From contig NC_043006.1 in NCBI RefSeq assembly GCF_006345805.1, forward strand, positions 63,736,001 to 63,800,000: DNA of 64,000 nucleotides, read 5' to 3'. A model generated the notes under the pieces. The model had not been told where the DNA came from. It made no database searches and saw only the letters and a program-made list of their open reading frames with translations. The stretch is from Octopus sinensis. Lineage: Eukaryota. A program made the translations under genes and the position numbers. Positions 1 through 15,258 of this stretch are shown in pieces (the first letter of the stretch is position 1; each line of letters opens with the position of its first letter).

Positions 1-259
1 ACATGTAGATATATGGAATGTATAGAGAGAAGCAAGAACTGAAAATATTCAGATAAACATTCATGTAAAAGCATATGGACATTTGTATTTACAGATCAGA
101 TTTACGTAGAGTATAAAAGGAGAAAAGACAGCTGTTTCTAGGGGCTCAGACTTATGTACTAGTTGTAATGATGACAGATGGAGTGTGCCAAAAGTCAAAG
201 ATATGCAACCAGTAGTGGATGCATATCAGCATTACGTAAGTCCGGCCTCCGTCTTCAGG

Positions 260-420
260 GCGGAGAGATTGGCAACTCATTTTCACCAGTTGAGAGGACT
301 GGAGCAACGTAAAATCAAGTATTTTGCTCAAGAAGACAACGCATCGCCCGATCTAGGAATCGAAGCCACAATCTTACGATCATGACCGCAACTCCCTAAA
401 CACTAAGCCAGCACCTCCAC
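260..420 (-). mobile_element. tRNA-derived SINE, 5' part
   Basis: The reverse strand has an A-box-like TGGCTTAGTG and a B-box-like GGCTTCGATTCC. The head resembles the copies at 16495 and 41980. Confidence 0.65.
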
Positions 421-722
421 TATGTATGTATGTATGTATGTATGTATGTATGTATGTATGTATGTATGTATGTATGTATGTATATATGATACAACCAGTA
501 GTATCTGCGACAGTTAATGAGACTGCGATAAATGTCAGAATGGCAGGACTCCAATTACTAATCCGATATTGTTTTCGGCCTTTTTTTTTCTCTCAGCCAA
601 AGCTTTTAACAAGAAAATTCTTTTACATATACGCTCAAAATATTTACATACTTTATGTGGTGCGCTGAGAAATATACACACATACATACATACATACATA
701 CATACATACATACATACATACA

Positions 723-754
<32 letters not shown>

Positions 755-1165
755 CATATACATACGTACATACACGCACATACATATACACATACATACA
801 TGCATACATACATATATATACTGATAGATGGATAGATAGATCGGCAGAAAGACAAATAGATAAACAGGTAAATACATACATACATATATATATATAGAGA
901 GAGAGAGGGAGAGAGAGAGAGAGAGGGAGAGAGAGAGAGAGAGGGAGAGAGAGAGAGAGATCAATAAGAAAATGGAGGGATCAATAGCTGATTCATCAAC
1001 TTTTAGACATATTATGTTAACTTAATTATTTATTTACTAAACTGACAATTACAAGAATATACATACATGTATAACATATTATACTTTACATATAATATAT
1101 AAAATATATTAATATATAAAGATACCAGTAATTATAACAATATAACATAAAACATGAATAGATAT

Positions 1166-1213
<48 letters not shown>

Positions 1214-2475
1214 GGGTTGGACAAAATAATGGAAACACCTAGCATCATAATTTTGAAATATCTATAAAACCGTCAAAATCTTGTTTTTTTTATTTATTTA
1301 TTATTAGTGTCGCTTAATATGTTTTGCCAAATTCTTGTTTCTTTTCAGATATCATCAGAAAAAGGTAATTAAAATTCATTAAAATGACAGATCTATCGAA
1401 CTTTCAAAGAGGTCAAATTGTTTGTGCTCGTATGGCAGGCGCTAGCGTAACGAAAACAGCCGAAATCTCTGGTGTATCAAAAAGTACTCGAAGTAATGAC
1501 AGCTTTTGAGAAAAGGAAAAACCCCTCCTCGTCGAAACAAACTCCGGAAGAAACCAAAACTTTCAGATAGGGACCGTCGGACTCTTACGCGAATTGTTAG
1601 AAGGATCACAAAAGTACACAGCTCCCAAATTACTGCAGAGCTTAATGACCACCTTGAGAACCCAGTTTCCACAAAAACTGTTCGCCGGGAGCTGCACAAA
1701 GCCGAATTTCACTACTTTCAAAAACAAACGTTGCAAAGCGTTTAGAGTGGAGTAAAAACCTACAGAATTGGTCCCTAGAGCAGTAGAAGAATATCATTTT
1801 CTCGGACGAGTCATCCTTTAACTTATTTCCGACCACCGGCCGAGGATACGCATGGAGACAGCCAAAGAAGCATTTGACCCAGACTGATTCCAACTAACTG
1901 TTAAACATGGAGGAAGATCTGTGATGATCTGAGGGCTATATCTTGGAAATCCGCCGGCCCAATGGTTTCCCTTCATGGCAGAATTAATAGTCAAGACTAT
2001 TTAAGCATTTTATCTAATCAAATTTATCCTATGGCTGCGGAATTGTCTCGGAGGGAAACGCAATCCTTCAGGGTGATAATGCACCAATTCACACAGCTAA
2101 GGTTGTTACTGAATGGCACGAGGAACATTCTAGTGAAGTTGAACAATTCCCAGCTCTCAATAGTATTGAACATTCATGGTGCATTTTAGAAAAGCAAGTA
2201 AGGAGTTGATATCCTCCCCCATCATCTCTACAAGAACTGGAAACTGTTTTTGGCTGAAGAATGGCAATGTATATGCATGTAGATATATATATATATATAT
2301 ATATATATCTATATATATATATTATATATAATATATATATATATATATATATGTATATGTATATATAAGTATGTATATATATATATATGTATATATATGT
2401 ATATATGTATATATATATGTGTATATATATATATATATTATATACTATATATATATACATAATATTATATATATA
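421..2475. repeat. microsatellite clusters (TATG)n, (TACA)n, (GA)n, (TA)n; similar arrays recur across the window, densest at 8.5-25 kb
   Basis: Directly visible. Confidence 0.95.
1211..2268 (+). mobile_element. decayed Tc1-family transposon, 3' truncated
   Basis: TA|CATGGGTTGGACAAAATAATGGAAAC left end. The transposase starts at ATG 1384 (MTDLSNFQRGQIVCARMAGASVTKTAE) and shows LSDRDRRTL, VSTKTVRREL, FSDES, GDNAP and IEH.W, with stops and frameshifts. No right TIR seen. Confidence 0.9.
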
Positions 2476-5400
2476 TCTCTCTATATATAAACGGCAGTTT
2501 GTCTGTGCGTCGCTTCTGTGTGTTCTGTTTTCTCTCGTACCCTCACCCTGACCACGGCTTTCATTTCAACCGATTCTGATGAAACTTGACCACACATAGC
2601 CCAATGTCATAACAAACTACGCAAAAACTGCAACGCCAGCGAAAATTTTGAAGTTCCCCCAGTTTTTGAAAAAATTGATAAATTCGACATGGGGTCGAGA
2701 ATCATAAACATGAACCACAGACTGTCTAGGGGACGCAACTCGAGAATCTAAGCTTTTTTTATGCAACGCATTATCTATGGTAGTTTTCACAACTTGCAAT
2801 CGATTTTCACAAACACTCATGGTGAAGCTTAATGTTACCCTAAGAAACTCAATTCTGACTTTAGTTTTCCATGCAATACCTTACCATCAGAAACAATCGA
2901 TAAAATCATGCCATTTTGGGAAATCGCGTTCAAATCAAGATGACATATTTTCGACAATATCTTTCAAAATTGGGCGGAATCTTTTTTTTTTCACAACGAG
3001 CATCATGTCTGCTCCAAGGAGCTATATAGCCCTTTTTTTCCAATAGGATACATTATTGGAAAAAATCGGTTAATTTAATCATATGTGGCACACATAGCAA
3101 ACAATTTGTGTATTAAACACAAACCAACTGTCTAGGGGACGCAACTTGACCTTTTTAGCTATCGATAATTCGATCCAACCAATTCCTACCAGGAAGAAAT
3201 TACATTCGAGACTTTACCCCCAACACCGCCACTCTGCTAATAGCTGCTGCAGCCGCAAGTTATTCGAATACTTTTTTTGTTTAAACTTTCTTTATAACTA
3301 CCACCCCAAACGTTTTTACCTTCAATTTTTGACGTACCCTAACGGTCCTCGGACGCTACTTTGCCAACTCTTGGTTTATTATAAACCACTTTTGTCGTGT
3401 GCATCAAAAAACTTTTCCTTTCGTTTGTTCAGTTTGATCACTTTTTTGACTTTTTCCGGTTGTTGTCACTCACATTGCCTGCCAAGCTTTTTGGCCGTTT
3501 TTGTAGCATTTTTATACATTTTCGGATACTTACCCACCCCCACGAGGCTCTTTTATTACACCTTACCAAACACATTGCTATCCACCAAAAATACTTACCC
3601 CACGTGTTCCTTTTTATTACAACCATTTGGCCAAACCACATTGCTATCCACCAAAATGCCACCGAAGAAGAGAAGGACCCTCTCAGCCCTCGGACGGCCA
3701 AGGCATCGGCTGCTAGGGCTAAGAAGGGCACCCGAGACCACGAGGAAACCGCCTTGCGCCTCTCGCAAACACTTCCCGTTATGCCGCTGCTCAGGTATCT
3801 GAAACTACTAGCGACCCGTTCTACCCTACTTGCAAGTGTCGCAGCGTACAGATCTTCCCATCCGCTCGAGGTTGACGAAGAGCAAACAGTCCAGCCAAAA
3901 CATGCGGCTTCTTACTGTGCTTCCATCCGCAGAGCTCGCGAGAACCCCGAACAAGGGCCATTCGGAATGCGGCTAACGCCACTACTACACCGCCAGGACA
4001 CGATCTGTCTCGAAACCTCACAGCAGAGGATACCTCGCCAATGTTTGACGCCGCAAAACAAGGCATGGCCAAAGCTGGCCGAAACACCTCAACAGAGAGA
4101 GCTCGCCAAGCTGCTAACGCGCCAACAGCCAGGGCTCGATCTGATCTGCCAAAACTCAACTCACACCACGGACTATTCGGACATCCAGACATGCCATTAG
4201 CACTGCTTCTGCTAGGGCTTCAGAGGGTGTTGAGGCGAGAGCTGAAAGGCTTTCAAGGGATGCCACTGCTCCTCTACTGCTGTCGCACGTGCATCTGAAT
4301 CTGCTGAGGCACGGTGCAACTCGACTTGAGAGTATCACACAACAAACGTCGGATATCATTCGTGGTGTACGTACCCCTGCCCCCCGCTTTCTGGTTGTCA
4401 CTAGCATTCAACTACGACGCCCACAATTAACTTCTCCTTGCGTGACGACATCAAGATAGGGTCAATGACAATTGTATGCCAGTTTTGCAAAGCCAAGAAA
4501 TGGCCCGGAGAGCCACCTGGTTTGTGCTGCTCTGGTGGCAAAGTGGACTGCAACCCTACGGGACCACCCTCAACCACTGAAGGATCTCGCGGTGGGTTTA
4601 ACCCCCGATTCGTCACAATTCCTTTGAAATAATTCGAAAGTACAACTGCTCATTCCAATGACCTCTTCGGGGCCAAAATTCCTCCCAGAGAAGGCTGGAT
4701 GCCTACTTTCAAAGTGCAGGGACAGGTCGGCCATCTTATTGGGTCACTTCTGCCAGACGAGATTCAGCAGTCTTCTTTCCTCCAAAATACTTCATTGCCG
4801 ACTACAAACCACCAGGTTGATGCACGCCTTGGAATAATACCGGGTACAAGCTATGTTCCCCGCAAAGACATTCTTCTCCGTCTCCAAACCATGCTTCATG
4901 ATACAGCTACGTCTGCAGTTTCAGATATGCCTTGGACAGTGCTCCATCTCCAAACTCACACCGGTTTCATGATGCTGATAAACGACCCCGGGGAGCACGA
5001 CGCCGCCGTTTCAACGCACCTGCGTGCAACGAAATTGCCGCAGTCATACACGGAGAGCAACACAACACCGTGACATAATCATCTCCTCCCGTGGTAACAC
5101 CTACACAGATCAGCGAGACTCACAGATCTTATGACGCGCTTCAGTATCCATTGCTTTTCCCTATGGGGAAGACGGCTACCACTTCGGAATTCCCTTTACG
5201 GCAGCCCTTCAATCAAACTACTCTGCGGCATCAAAGACGGTTTCCTGCAGGGCGTTCTACTCATACCGGTTCATGGTCAGGAGGGTGAGTTCAACTTATT
5301 GCCCCCGCCCCGTTGTCGTCAGCTATTCAACCAGTTCGCCGTCGACAGGCCGCAAAAATGGAATCGGAAAGGCTGCTATACATTAAACTTAATCAGACCA

Positions 5401-8400
5401 AACTTCGCTCCGACTCCTACATTCATCTCCGTGACGGTTTTGCAACAAGAAAATGACCCTCGCAACATCGGCAAGCCATGCATTCTACTACTAACCTCCA
5501 CCTTCACGGAGAGGACCGCGATATATGCGTGAAAGGACCCAAGACGCCTTGGACCTACGTGCGCATTTACGGCCGGCCGGACCTCTTTATCACCGAACCC
5601 GTGCAATCCCAGCTGCGGCGACGAAATCACTCGCGAACTCCGCCCGGGTCAATCTCACCCCATCGACACGACATCGTTGCTTGGGTTTCCGTCTGAATTT
5701 GGGCAAAATGAGGATTTGATAGTTAAGGGTCAGATTTTCGGGCATGTCAGGTGCCACATGTTTTCGGTCGAGTGGCAAAAGAGGGGCTTGCCACATGCTC
5801 ACATCTTAATAATTTGGCTCACTCATAAAATCGAGACTAATGACATTTGAAAATTCATTTCCGCCGAGATTCCTGACCCCCCCGATGAGGACCCCGGACT
5901 CTACGAAATTGTCCGCACTACCATAGTACACGGGCCCTGTGGACGCAAATTACGCGTACCCACACACCATGCTACAAAACGGATTAGCCTGCTCAAAGGG
6001 ATTCCCTAAACGGTTCACTTTGGAGACTCAAACAGGGCGGCGATGGTATCCGCTGTACAAAACGAAGGAGTCCAGCCATGAGGCCGCACGATTACGGTTG
6101 GGGCGACATCAAGTGGACAACAGCTACATTGTCCCCTACTGTCCTCTCCGTCGAAGATATTCAAAGCCCACGTCAACGTGAGTTCTGCAGCTCCATCAGG
6201 TCAATACAATATGTCTGCAAATATATCAACAAAGGCAGCGATGCTGCCATGTTCAGCATCCAGAGGACCACCAGTCGCGACGAAGTGTCCAACTACTTGG
6301 CTGGCCGGTACCTCAGCAGCAACGAAGCGTTTTGGCGCATTTACGGCTTCCCGCTCCATCAGAGACACCCGGCTGTGGTGCAGCTTGCTGTACACTTGGA
6401 AAATGGACAGCGGATTTACTTCACAGAGCAAAGTGCTGTGCAGATAGCCACCAGCCCTAAAGACACAACGTTGACTGGTTTCTTCCAAATTATGCCAACG
6501 TGATGACTTCGCTCGAACGCTTTTGTACCTACAGGTCCCATCGTACTTCGTGTGGTCTAAAACAACCTGGGTTCGACGGAAATCCGGCAAAACGTCGAAA
6601 GCTTCCCAGGCGTCAAGTTGACTCCTGCCTGGGTCGAGTTTACAAACATCCCGCCAAACCAACAAGAATGCGTCTACCTCCGTCCCTTCTACATGAGGTC
6701 ACTGGTCCAACAGGTTTCGCCAATATACGTACCGTCAATGGGGTTTCTGTGCGACACCTTCAGGGAAGCATGTATGAGACTTGGCCTTCTAGAGGATGAC
6801 TCCCAGTGGGACGCCACGATGGCAGAGGGTGCTTTACTGCACCGCATTCGGCCCTACGAGACATCTTTTCGCAATCCTTCTTCAAAAATGTCAGCTTAGT
6901 GATCCACTAAGTCTCTGGATGAAATACAGGGATGACATGTCGCACGACTTCTTACGTACGGCTCAGCAACACCTCGGCTCTGCACCAGTACGTCCAAGAT
7001 AATGAACCACGGCTGCTTCCAGACCAGCGCATAGCCTACAACATCATCGTAGACTCTGTCAGACAGCAACGTGGGGGGATTTTTCTTCCTTGATGCCCCC
7101 GGCGGCACTGGCAAACCTTCGTCACTAAACTAATTCTGGCAGAGGTCAGACACAACAACGGACATTGCCCTGGCTGTAGCGTTCCTCTGGTATCGGGCCA
7201 CGTTGCTTCCGGGTGGCAGAACGCCCCACTCTGCCTTCAGACTCCCGCTCGATCTGGCAAAGTCGAGTCACCTATCTGCAACATCGCCAAGAACTCAGAA
7301 CAGGCCGACATTCTGCGCAGATGCAACTCATCGTATGGGACGAGTGCACTATGGCACACAAAGGCGCCCTTGGAGGCACTGGACAGGTCCCTGCAAACTC
7401 AGAGACTCTACGGCGCCCATGAGGATTACTTTACTTTCTTTCAGGAGACTTCAGGCAGACTCTACCGTTATTCCAAAAGGAACCCGTGCCGATGCCGTGC
7501 GCGCGTGCCTTAAGTCGTCAGCTCTTTGGGCAACATGTGCGGCCCTTGCACCTCCAAAACTAACATGTGCGCGCAGTTAATTGGTGACAGCGGATCCGCT
7601 GCATTCTCAGGACCTCTTAATCGCTCGGTGAAAAATAGGAGCTGTCTGATGCGGATGGCTACGTTCAATTGGACTCACTTTGCATTGCAATCACCATGTC
7701 GACACCCCTGCTAGCCTCCGGGAACGCCTGTCTTCCACGACCTACAAAACAATTTACGCGACCTAAAATGGCTGGCAGGCAGAGCTATTCTCTGCACCCA
7801 AAAATACAACCGTCAAATCCATCAATATCCAGCTACTTGAAGCTATTCCTGGTGATGTCCCGTCTACAAATCTATAGATAGGACAGCAGACCCCGCCCAG
7901 CTTGCTGATTATCCTGTTGAATTCCTGAATTCACTTGAACCGCCAGGCCTGCTACCACACATCCTGAAGTTAAAAGTCGGTGCGCCCATTATGCTCATCA
8001 GGAATTTGGTTCCACCTAAACAGTGCAACGGCACACGTTTGGTTGTGAAACATTTGGCACCACATTTTAATAACGGCCAACAACTTACCGGTTGTGGGAA
8101 GGGAGAGGACGTCTTCATTCCACGGATGCACCTTCAACGTCGGGGCGCGACCTACCAACCACCAATCCACTTCAGGCGTTCTCATTTTCCTGTTAAAAAC
8201 TCTGCTTCGCAATGTCCATCAATAAATCCCAAGGCCAAACGCTACAAGTGTCGCTGGGTTACATTTGGGCGAACAGTGCTTCGCCCACGGTCAACTCTAC
8301 GTGGGCTGTTCACGCGTTGGGAGGCGCAATGATGTTTTCATGTTTTCGCGCCCAACCGGACAGCTAGGAACATCGTATATACAGAAGTATTCCAGTGAAG

Positions 8401-8525
8401 ACAAGACATTGCAACGTCCCACATGCACCTTCGTTCCCTGGAGGGAAAGGACTACTTGGGATTAGTCGTTTGCCTACTAGGGGCTCTTACATACCCACCG
8501 GGCAACGCCGGGTCTATGCTGCTAG
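2476..8525 (+). mobile_element. full-length Helitron (Rep-helicase), frameshifted
   Basis: A|TC 5' end, a GC hairpin at ~8498-8512 and a CTAG|T 3' end enclose the RepHel coding remnant. Confidence 0.93.
3656..8398 (+). pseudogene. Helitron RepHel (HUH/Y2 replication initiator + Pif1-family helicase), many frameshifts
   Basis: MPPKKRR start, [88 protein letters not shown] and NIVYTEVFQ* (stop 8396-8398). Confidence 0.92.
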
Positions 8526-8973
8526 TATTATATATATATATATATATACATATACATACATATATATATGTATGTATGTATGTAATGTATACGCATACAT
8601 AATCACGCATGTATAATGTATGTATAAAACCACTAACACATGACACCCAGGGTATCTATATGCATGTCTAAGTGTCAGCTGTGCAGTGCTGACATCCGGA
8701 AGTTCTATCCAAACGCTACCCGCACCTTAAGCATGACATCTGACTGAGGTAGGGGTTGGAGTCTGCGAAGTGTTTTCATGGAAGTCTTACCCACAATTTC
8801 TTCAATTGCATTCAACAGCCCCGGCATCGCTGATTACAATTATGGAAACGCACATTTGCGCACATGTGCATGCAACTTGTTCTTAATCAGATACAAGCAC
8901 GTAAGCGTTCACACACACACGCGCAAACACGCTCTCTTTCTCTTCTCTCTTTCTCTCTCTCTCGTCTCTCTCT

Positions 8974-9021
<48 letters not shown>

Positions 9022-9126
9022 ATACATATACATAAATATTTATACATACGTACAGAAATATATATATATACATATTTATATATTTTATACACATTTATGC
9101 ATTTACATACATACATACACAAAAAT

Positions 9127-9162
<36 letters not shown>

Positions 9163-9300
9163 CACGCACACACAAACACAAAAACAACACACACACACAC
9201 ACATATAGGTATGTATGTACGTACGTATGAAGTACATGTGGACTATTGGCGATTTTTTTTCCTCCGTCTTCCTTTTCTCTTAGACTTTCCTCTGTTTCCT

Positions 9301-9335
9301 GTTTCTGGAGAAGAACTTTGCTCGAAACGTTAAAC
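9301..9335 (+). ncRNA. hammerhead-like motif, related subfamily
   Basis: GTTT-CTGGAGA-A-GAAC-TTT-GCTC-GAAA-CGTT-AAAC. Confidence 0.4.
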
Positions 9336-9447
9336 CACCTTTCTTTCCTACCCTGAGCGTCTGCTAATACTTTACATGTACCACGTCCTCGCTTTGCTGT
9401 TTCTTGTTGCATTTTTTCTTCGTCTTTTTTTTCTGGGATTAACTATG

Positions 9448-9519
<72 letters not shown>

Positions 9520-10625
9520 GGCACACACATATATATGCACACAACACGTGAACATAGATACACGCCGGTAACAAAATTTGTGTGAAATTCTCTCACAGCA
9601 AACCTCAACTCTGAACATATTTCTTCCCTTCTCTCTCTTTCTCTTGTTACATCCACAAATACACACACACACACACACACGCGCGCGCACACACACACAC
9701 ACGCACACACACACGCACACACACAACGGCAAATGCATATTTGTACGCATACTTTCCATGAACATTCTCATTTAAGGAACCATAATTTAAACATACATTT
9801 CTCTCTCTCTCTCTTTCTCTATCTTTCCACCTCTCTTTCTCTCTCTCTCTCTTTCTCTCTCCCTCTCACTCTCTCTATAATGCTTCGCTTTGTCGTTTGA
9901 AATACCATAAATGTCCATACGCATATACGAACATACAAACACATGTAGTCATATACACATAAATACGTACATACACGCTTTGTTCGCAGGCATACATACA
10001 TGAACACACATACATACGCTCATATATGCATACATATATATATATGAATACTAAAATTACGAACGAAATACGTACATATTTACTATATGTATATTTATCT
10101 ACACATACACATATACACAATCGTCTGCCATGAAATATTTTCCCGCCCTCTAAACAAAGCTGACCAATATGTGAAGTGTCATGTAGGCACGAAACTGTAT
10201 AAATTACGTTAGATGTGAACACGTGTTTTTATTGCTGAAGACGAGGACATAAAAATAATTGTGTAGAGTGATATGTTGTTGTGTGTACTATGATATATAC
10301 ACATAGCCAAGTGGCTTCTATTTGCTGCCTGGCTGTGTGTGTGAGTGTGTGTGCATGCATAACTTTTTTTGCGCATATGCGTACATATATGCGTGTATAT
10401 ATATATGTACACACACATTGTATGCCTATATTAATCTTCATATATATGTATGTGTGTGTGTGCGCGTGTGGATATGTGTGTTTGTGTGTGTCTTCGTGTG
10501 TGTATAAGTGTGTGTGTGTATGTGTGTGTGCGTGTGTGTATGTGTGCGTGTGTGTGTGTGTTTGTGCATGTGTGTATGCATAATGTTTTTTTGCGCATAT
10601 GTGTACATATATGCGTGTGCATGTG

Positions 10626-10659
<34 letters not shown>

Positions 10660-10688
10660 AGTGCGTATACACACATTTCTCTCTCTCT

Positions 10689-10733
<45 letters not shown>

Positions 10734-11259
10734 ACCTATATAAATCTTCATATAGGAGTGCGTGAGTGTGTGAGCGTGTGTATACGTGCATGTGTGTGTA
10801 TATGTATATATCTGTGTGTGTGTGTGTGTGGTATAGTGTATTGTTCCGTTACTGGTGGGATTAACAAAGACGCACTCCATCCAGTGAGAGACAAATATCA
10901 TTTAATTTACACAGGATTAAAATGTGAACTATTATAAGTTTCATGTCTCTGAAAATACAATGGTCGGACAAGCTTGCATAGCGTGCCGTGCTATTATGTC
11001 TTTGTGCGTATACAGATATATATGCGCACAGACTTGTATTTATCTATCTATCAATCTATCTATCTATCTAACTATCTATCTATCTACCTATCTGTCTGTC
11101 TGTCTATCTATCTATCAGACTGTTTGTCTATCTATCTAACTAGTAGGTAGCTATCTATCCATACGTAGTGTGTGTAAGTGTATATCTCGTCATGTTGAAC
11201 CGTTGAACTCTGCACATTTTTTCTCTCTCCGTTTATTATTTTTTTGTTTCCTTTTAATC

Positions 11260-11295
11260 CTTTCTGTCGAAGAGCATAGGCTCGAAATATAAAAG
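11260..11295 (+). ncRNA. hammerhead-like motif, variant core CTGTCGA
   Basis: CTTT-CTGTCGA-A-GAGC-ATAG-GCTC-GAAA-TATA-AAAG. Confidence 0.45.
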
Positions 11296-11750
11296 ACTTT
11301 TCCATTCTTCCCGAGCGTTAAACTAATATACCTGCTTGTTGTTCTTGCACTTATCTTCGTCTTTTGTTTTCTCTAAATTTGCGTATATATATAAGGAAAA
11401 TAAGACAAGATAGAAAATACTAAAATAATTTTATCGTGAAGAACGTATCAAATATTAGGTCTGCTACTACCTGCTACATGCTACCAAGCCCCACAAGAGT
11501 AATAAAAGGGAGACAGACAGGAAAAAAAAGAAAATGTCCCTTTCATTTGAAAACTATAGAAATATTATTTTTAAAACATTTCAATTAATTTTTCCGCAAT
11601 TTAATTTCTTTTCATGCCTAACTCTAAGTTGAAAAAGTCACAAAGATTGAAACCGGTACGAAAATGTTCTTCATAAAATTATTTTAGTATTTTCTACCTT
11701 GTCTTATTTTCCTTATGCATATCAATTCGTATGTTCCTTTTCAGCCTTCT

Positions 11751-11784
<34 letters not shown>

Positions 11785-11849
11785 CACAAACACACACACC
11801 ACACATATATATATGATATATATTTATGTATGCATGTTTTTGTTGTATA

Positions 11850-11900
<51 letters not shown>

Positions 11901-12639
11901 TATATATATAAGTTAGCTGAGTTAAAGGTTAAAATAACCGCCTAAGGGATAAAAGTATTCAATATACTACCGGTATGTTACCTATGTCTAACCATGGGCA
12001 TACATATGCAATCATATTATGCTCATAAATTATAGATAAAGAGAAGGATAAACATGAGCTTATCAGGAATCAAAATTTAAAGAAAACAGAAAATGGAGAA
12101 ATATTGATGAACGACAATTGACTTTCACCAATTATTATTTATTATTTTAATACAAACAGACTGCTTATATAACGTAAAGGAAAAGAGATTTGGAATCTGA
12201 ACTGGTACCTTACTAGTATTCTGATATAATCCAGATTTGGCTAACCATATCGAATGATAGGGAATATACAGAATTGTTTAAGATAAACAATTATATGGTA
12301 CTTCGCACGATAGTTAAGTCCTGAGTTCGCTTCATTGGATTTCATACAGAGCGTATAATCGTGATATCGTAAAAAAAAATAGAAAATTATACATTTTCAA
12401 AATTTGTTTATTACATTATTATACCTGCCTGGGCATAACCTTGAACAACGCTGTATAGGAATGTCTACCCTGGATGAATATGTACTGCGACTGAATCAAC
12501 TAAATACACATAAATGCTACATCAGATGACGCTTGTACAATTATGCAACAGAAACACGTGTCGGGTTGGAATTTAATGAAAATAAAACTGTAATAAACAG
12601 TCTTCTTTATGATGTCTTGATTATATATATATTATATAT

Positions 12640-15258
12640 TCAACAGTGCCATTCTAGCAACATACTCATGATGGGAGACTTCAATCTACCCTGTGTTGAC
12701 TGGACTACAAACTGTTTGAAACCAAGCACTCCCGCCTCAACCGCTGACAAAGAAGCAGCAGAGTCACTTTTCGACTTTACGGATGATTTTTCTTGTCCCA
12801 ACTTGTCCTTGCACCAACAAGACATCAGAACATTTTGGACCTAGTGTTTAGTAACCACACTAACACTATACATAACGTTACAGTGGAAAAAACCCTTCTT
12901 TCAGACCATGACATGGTTCTCTGTAACATGAAATTCCACCAGCCGAAAACTAATCCTAGTGACCTTCCTCCAGCCCACCCATTTGACAACATGGATCTCC
13001 ATAATGCCAACTGGGATGCAATCAGGAACGAGCTATCACATGTTGACTGGTCCTTTACACATACACACATCTCCACCAACCATAAAACATCTTGGCAGAT
13101 CTTTGTAGACACCGTCACAGACATATGTGCAAACACTCCCACCAAGACCTGTGAACAAAAAGTGCAGAAATCCCCCAAACAGAAAACCATTAGCAAAAAA
13201 ATAAAAAGAAAAAAAAAAAAAACAACAAAAAATTAACAAACTAAAGTACTGCCAACAGCAACACACACATTCGACGGCTATCGCACTGCTTGAATCCAAA
13301 AAATATAACCTCCAACAATGCATGAAGACCCTCATCAATAACCAAAGATCAGCTGAGGAAGAAGTGGGCCATTGAAAAAATCAAACTCAACCCCAAAGTG
13401 TTCTTTCATTTGCGAGGAAACGCAGGTCACTGTCTCCACTGTAGGCCCTCTAATTGACGAAACTGGCACTCTCCAAGATAATGCCAAATCCATGCCGAGA
13501 TACTGCAGAAACAATACTGCTCTGTTTTCAGCAATCCTGATATGGCCGATCTGGGCTGTATCAGTGATGTCAACCCCCAAACACTATATCGACATAACGT
13601 TTAGTGCCCCTGATGTCTTAGCGGCGATAAACGAAATAAAACACAATTCAGCAGTAGGCCCCGATAGGTTCCCTGCTTGTGTCCTGAAGGTGTGTCGACA
13701 CCAACTTGCATCTCCCCTTGCTAATCTGTGGAGAAACTCACTGGATGCTGGCTATATTCCAAAAAACCTTCTGTCCCAGTCTGTTGTCCCAGTTTTCAAA
13801 AAGGGAAACAAGTCCCTCTGCAGTGAATTACCGTCCGATCTCACTCACCTCTCATATCATCAAGGTATTTGAGAGGGTGGTGAGATCTCGAATAACCCAA
13901 TTTCTGGAAGCAACAGACGGCTGATCTCCACCAACATGGGTTCCGTAATGGAAGGGACTGCCTAACGCAGCTCCTGCATCACTTTGAGGACATTTTGAGA
14001 GCTTTGGGGAGAGGGCTCCAACACCGATGTCATCTACCTTGATTTCAGTAAGGGCCTTCGACAGGGTCGATCACAAGATCCTATTGAAAAAACTATCCAA
14101 CATTGGTGTCTCTGGAAGTTACTGAAATGGATCAGTGTTTCCTGACAGACAGATCTCAACATGTTTGTAGTTGAAGGGGTAAAATCAAGCCCAGCCAAGT
14201 CAGTAGTGGCGTTCCGCAAGGCACTGTGCTGGGCCCACTTCTTTTCATCATTTACATTAATGACATTAATGACATCATCAAGCACAGCAACATAAAAATC
14301 TTTGCAGATGACTCCAAGCTACAGAAGGTCATAAATGAGGCGAGTGACCGGACATGCCTTCAGTCAGATCTACTGGCTGTTATCCAATGGGCAGAAAAAA
14401 ACAATATGCTGCTGACGAGGATAAATTTGAGCTAATCCACTTTGGAAAAGAGGATGCCCTGAAACTCCCATAATCCCTTCCTTCAGGTGAAACTCTCGCG
14501 GCGTCCAACAACATCAGAGACTTGGGAGTAATTGTGGACAACAACATAAGCTGGGCCACTCATATAAACACCAAAGTTGACATGGCCCGCAGAATGTGTC
14601 CTGGATTCTCAGAACTTTCCAGTCGAGAGATATCCACACCATTATCCTTCTCTTCTCCACTTTTGCCCGACCCCACCTTGAATACTGTTGTCCACTGTGG
14701 TTCCCCACACAATACAAGGTATCATAAAAGTTGAAGCACCTCAAAGGGCAATCACAAAAAGATAGATGGCATGACAGGCCTCGACTATTGGGGTCGACTA
14801 GAAAAGCTAAAACTCTATTCTCTCCAACGTCGTCGTGAGCGCTACATCATCTGCATGATGTGGAAAATATTCCATCAGCATTGCCCAAATGATGTTGGCA
14901 TCACCTTTAAGGTACATCCAAGGCTTGGGCCCCGTGCCATCCGCCCAAAACAAAAAATCGCACTCTCATCTCATAACAACAATACGGCACAATTATTTCA
15001 CCTCAATTGGCCCCGCTCTCTTTAACATTACACCAAAACACATTAAAACAGAAACTGACCCTATAGGGTTCAAGAAGTCTTTGGACAGATTCCTTCAAGA
15101 AATCCCGGATAAACCCCCTACACCCGGATATGTCTCTGTAAACAATAACTCTCTACTTGAGTGGGCCATAGTGCCCAAATTCTGACTTGAAAGACTTCAC
15201 CAGGTGGTGCTATTAAGTTAGACATGGCCTGGGCCAATAATGGCCGAAACCTATCAAA

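Noticed and set aside
15225-15252. GGCC-AATAAT-GGCC-GAAAC at the LINE 3' end as a hammerhead
   Set aside because: No CUGANGA core or stem I; better read as the LINE 3' stem-loop.
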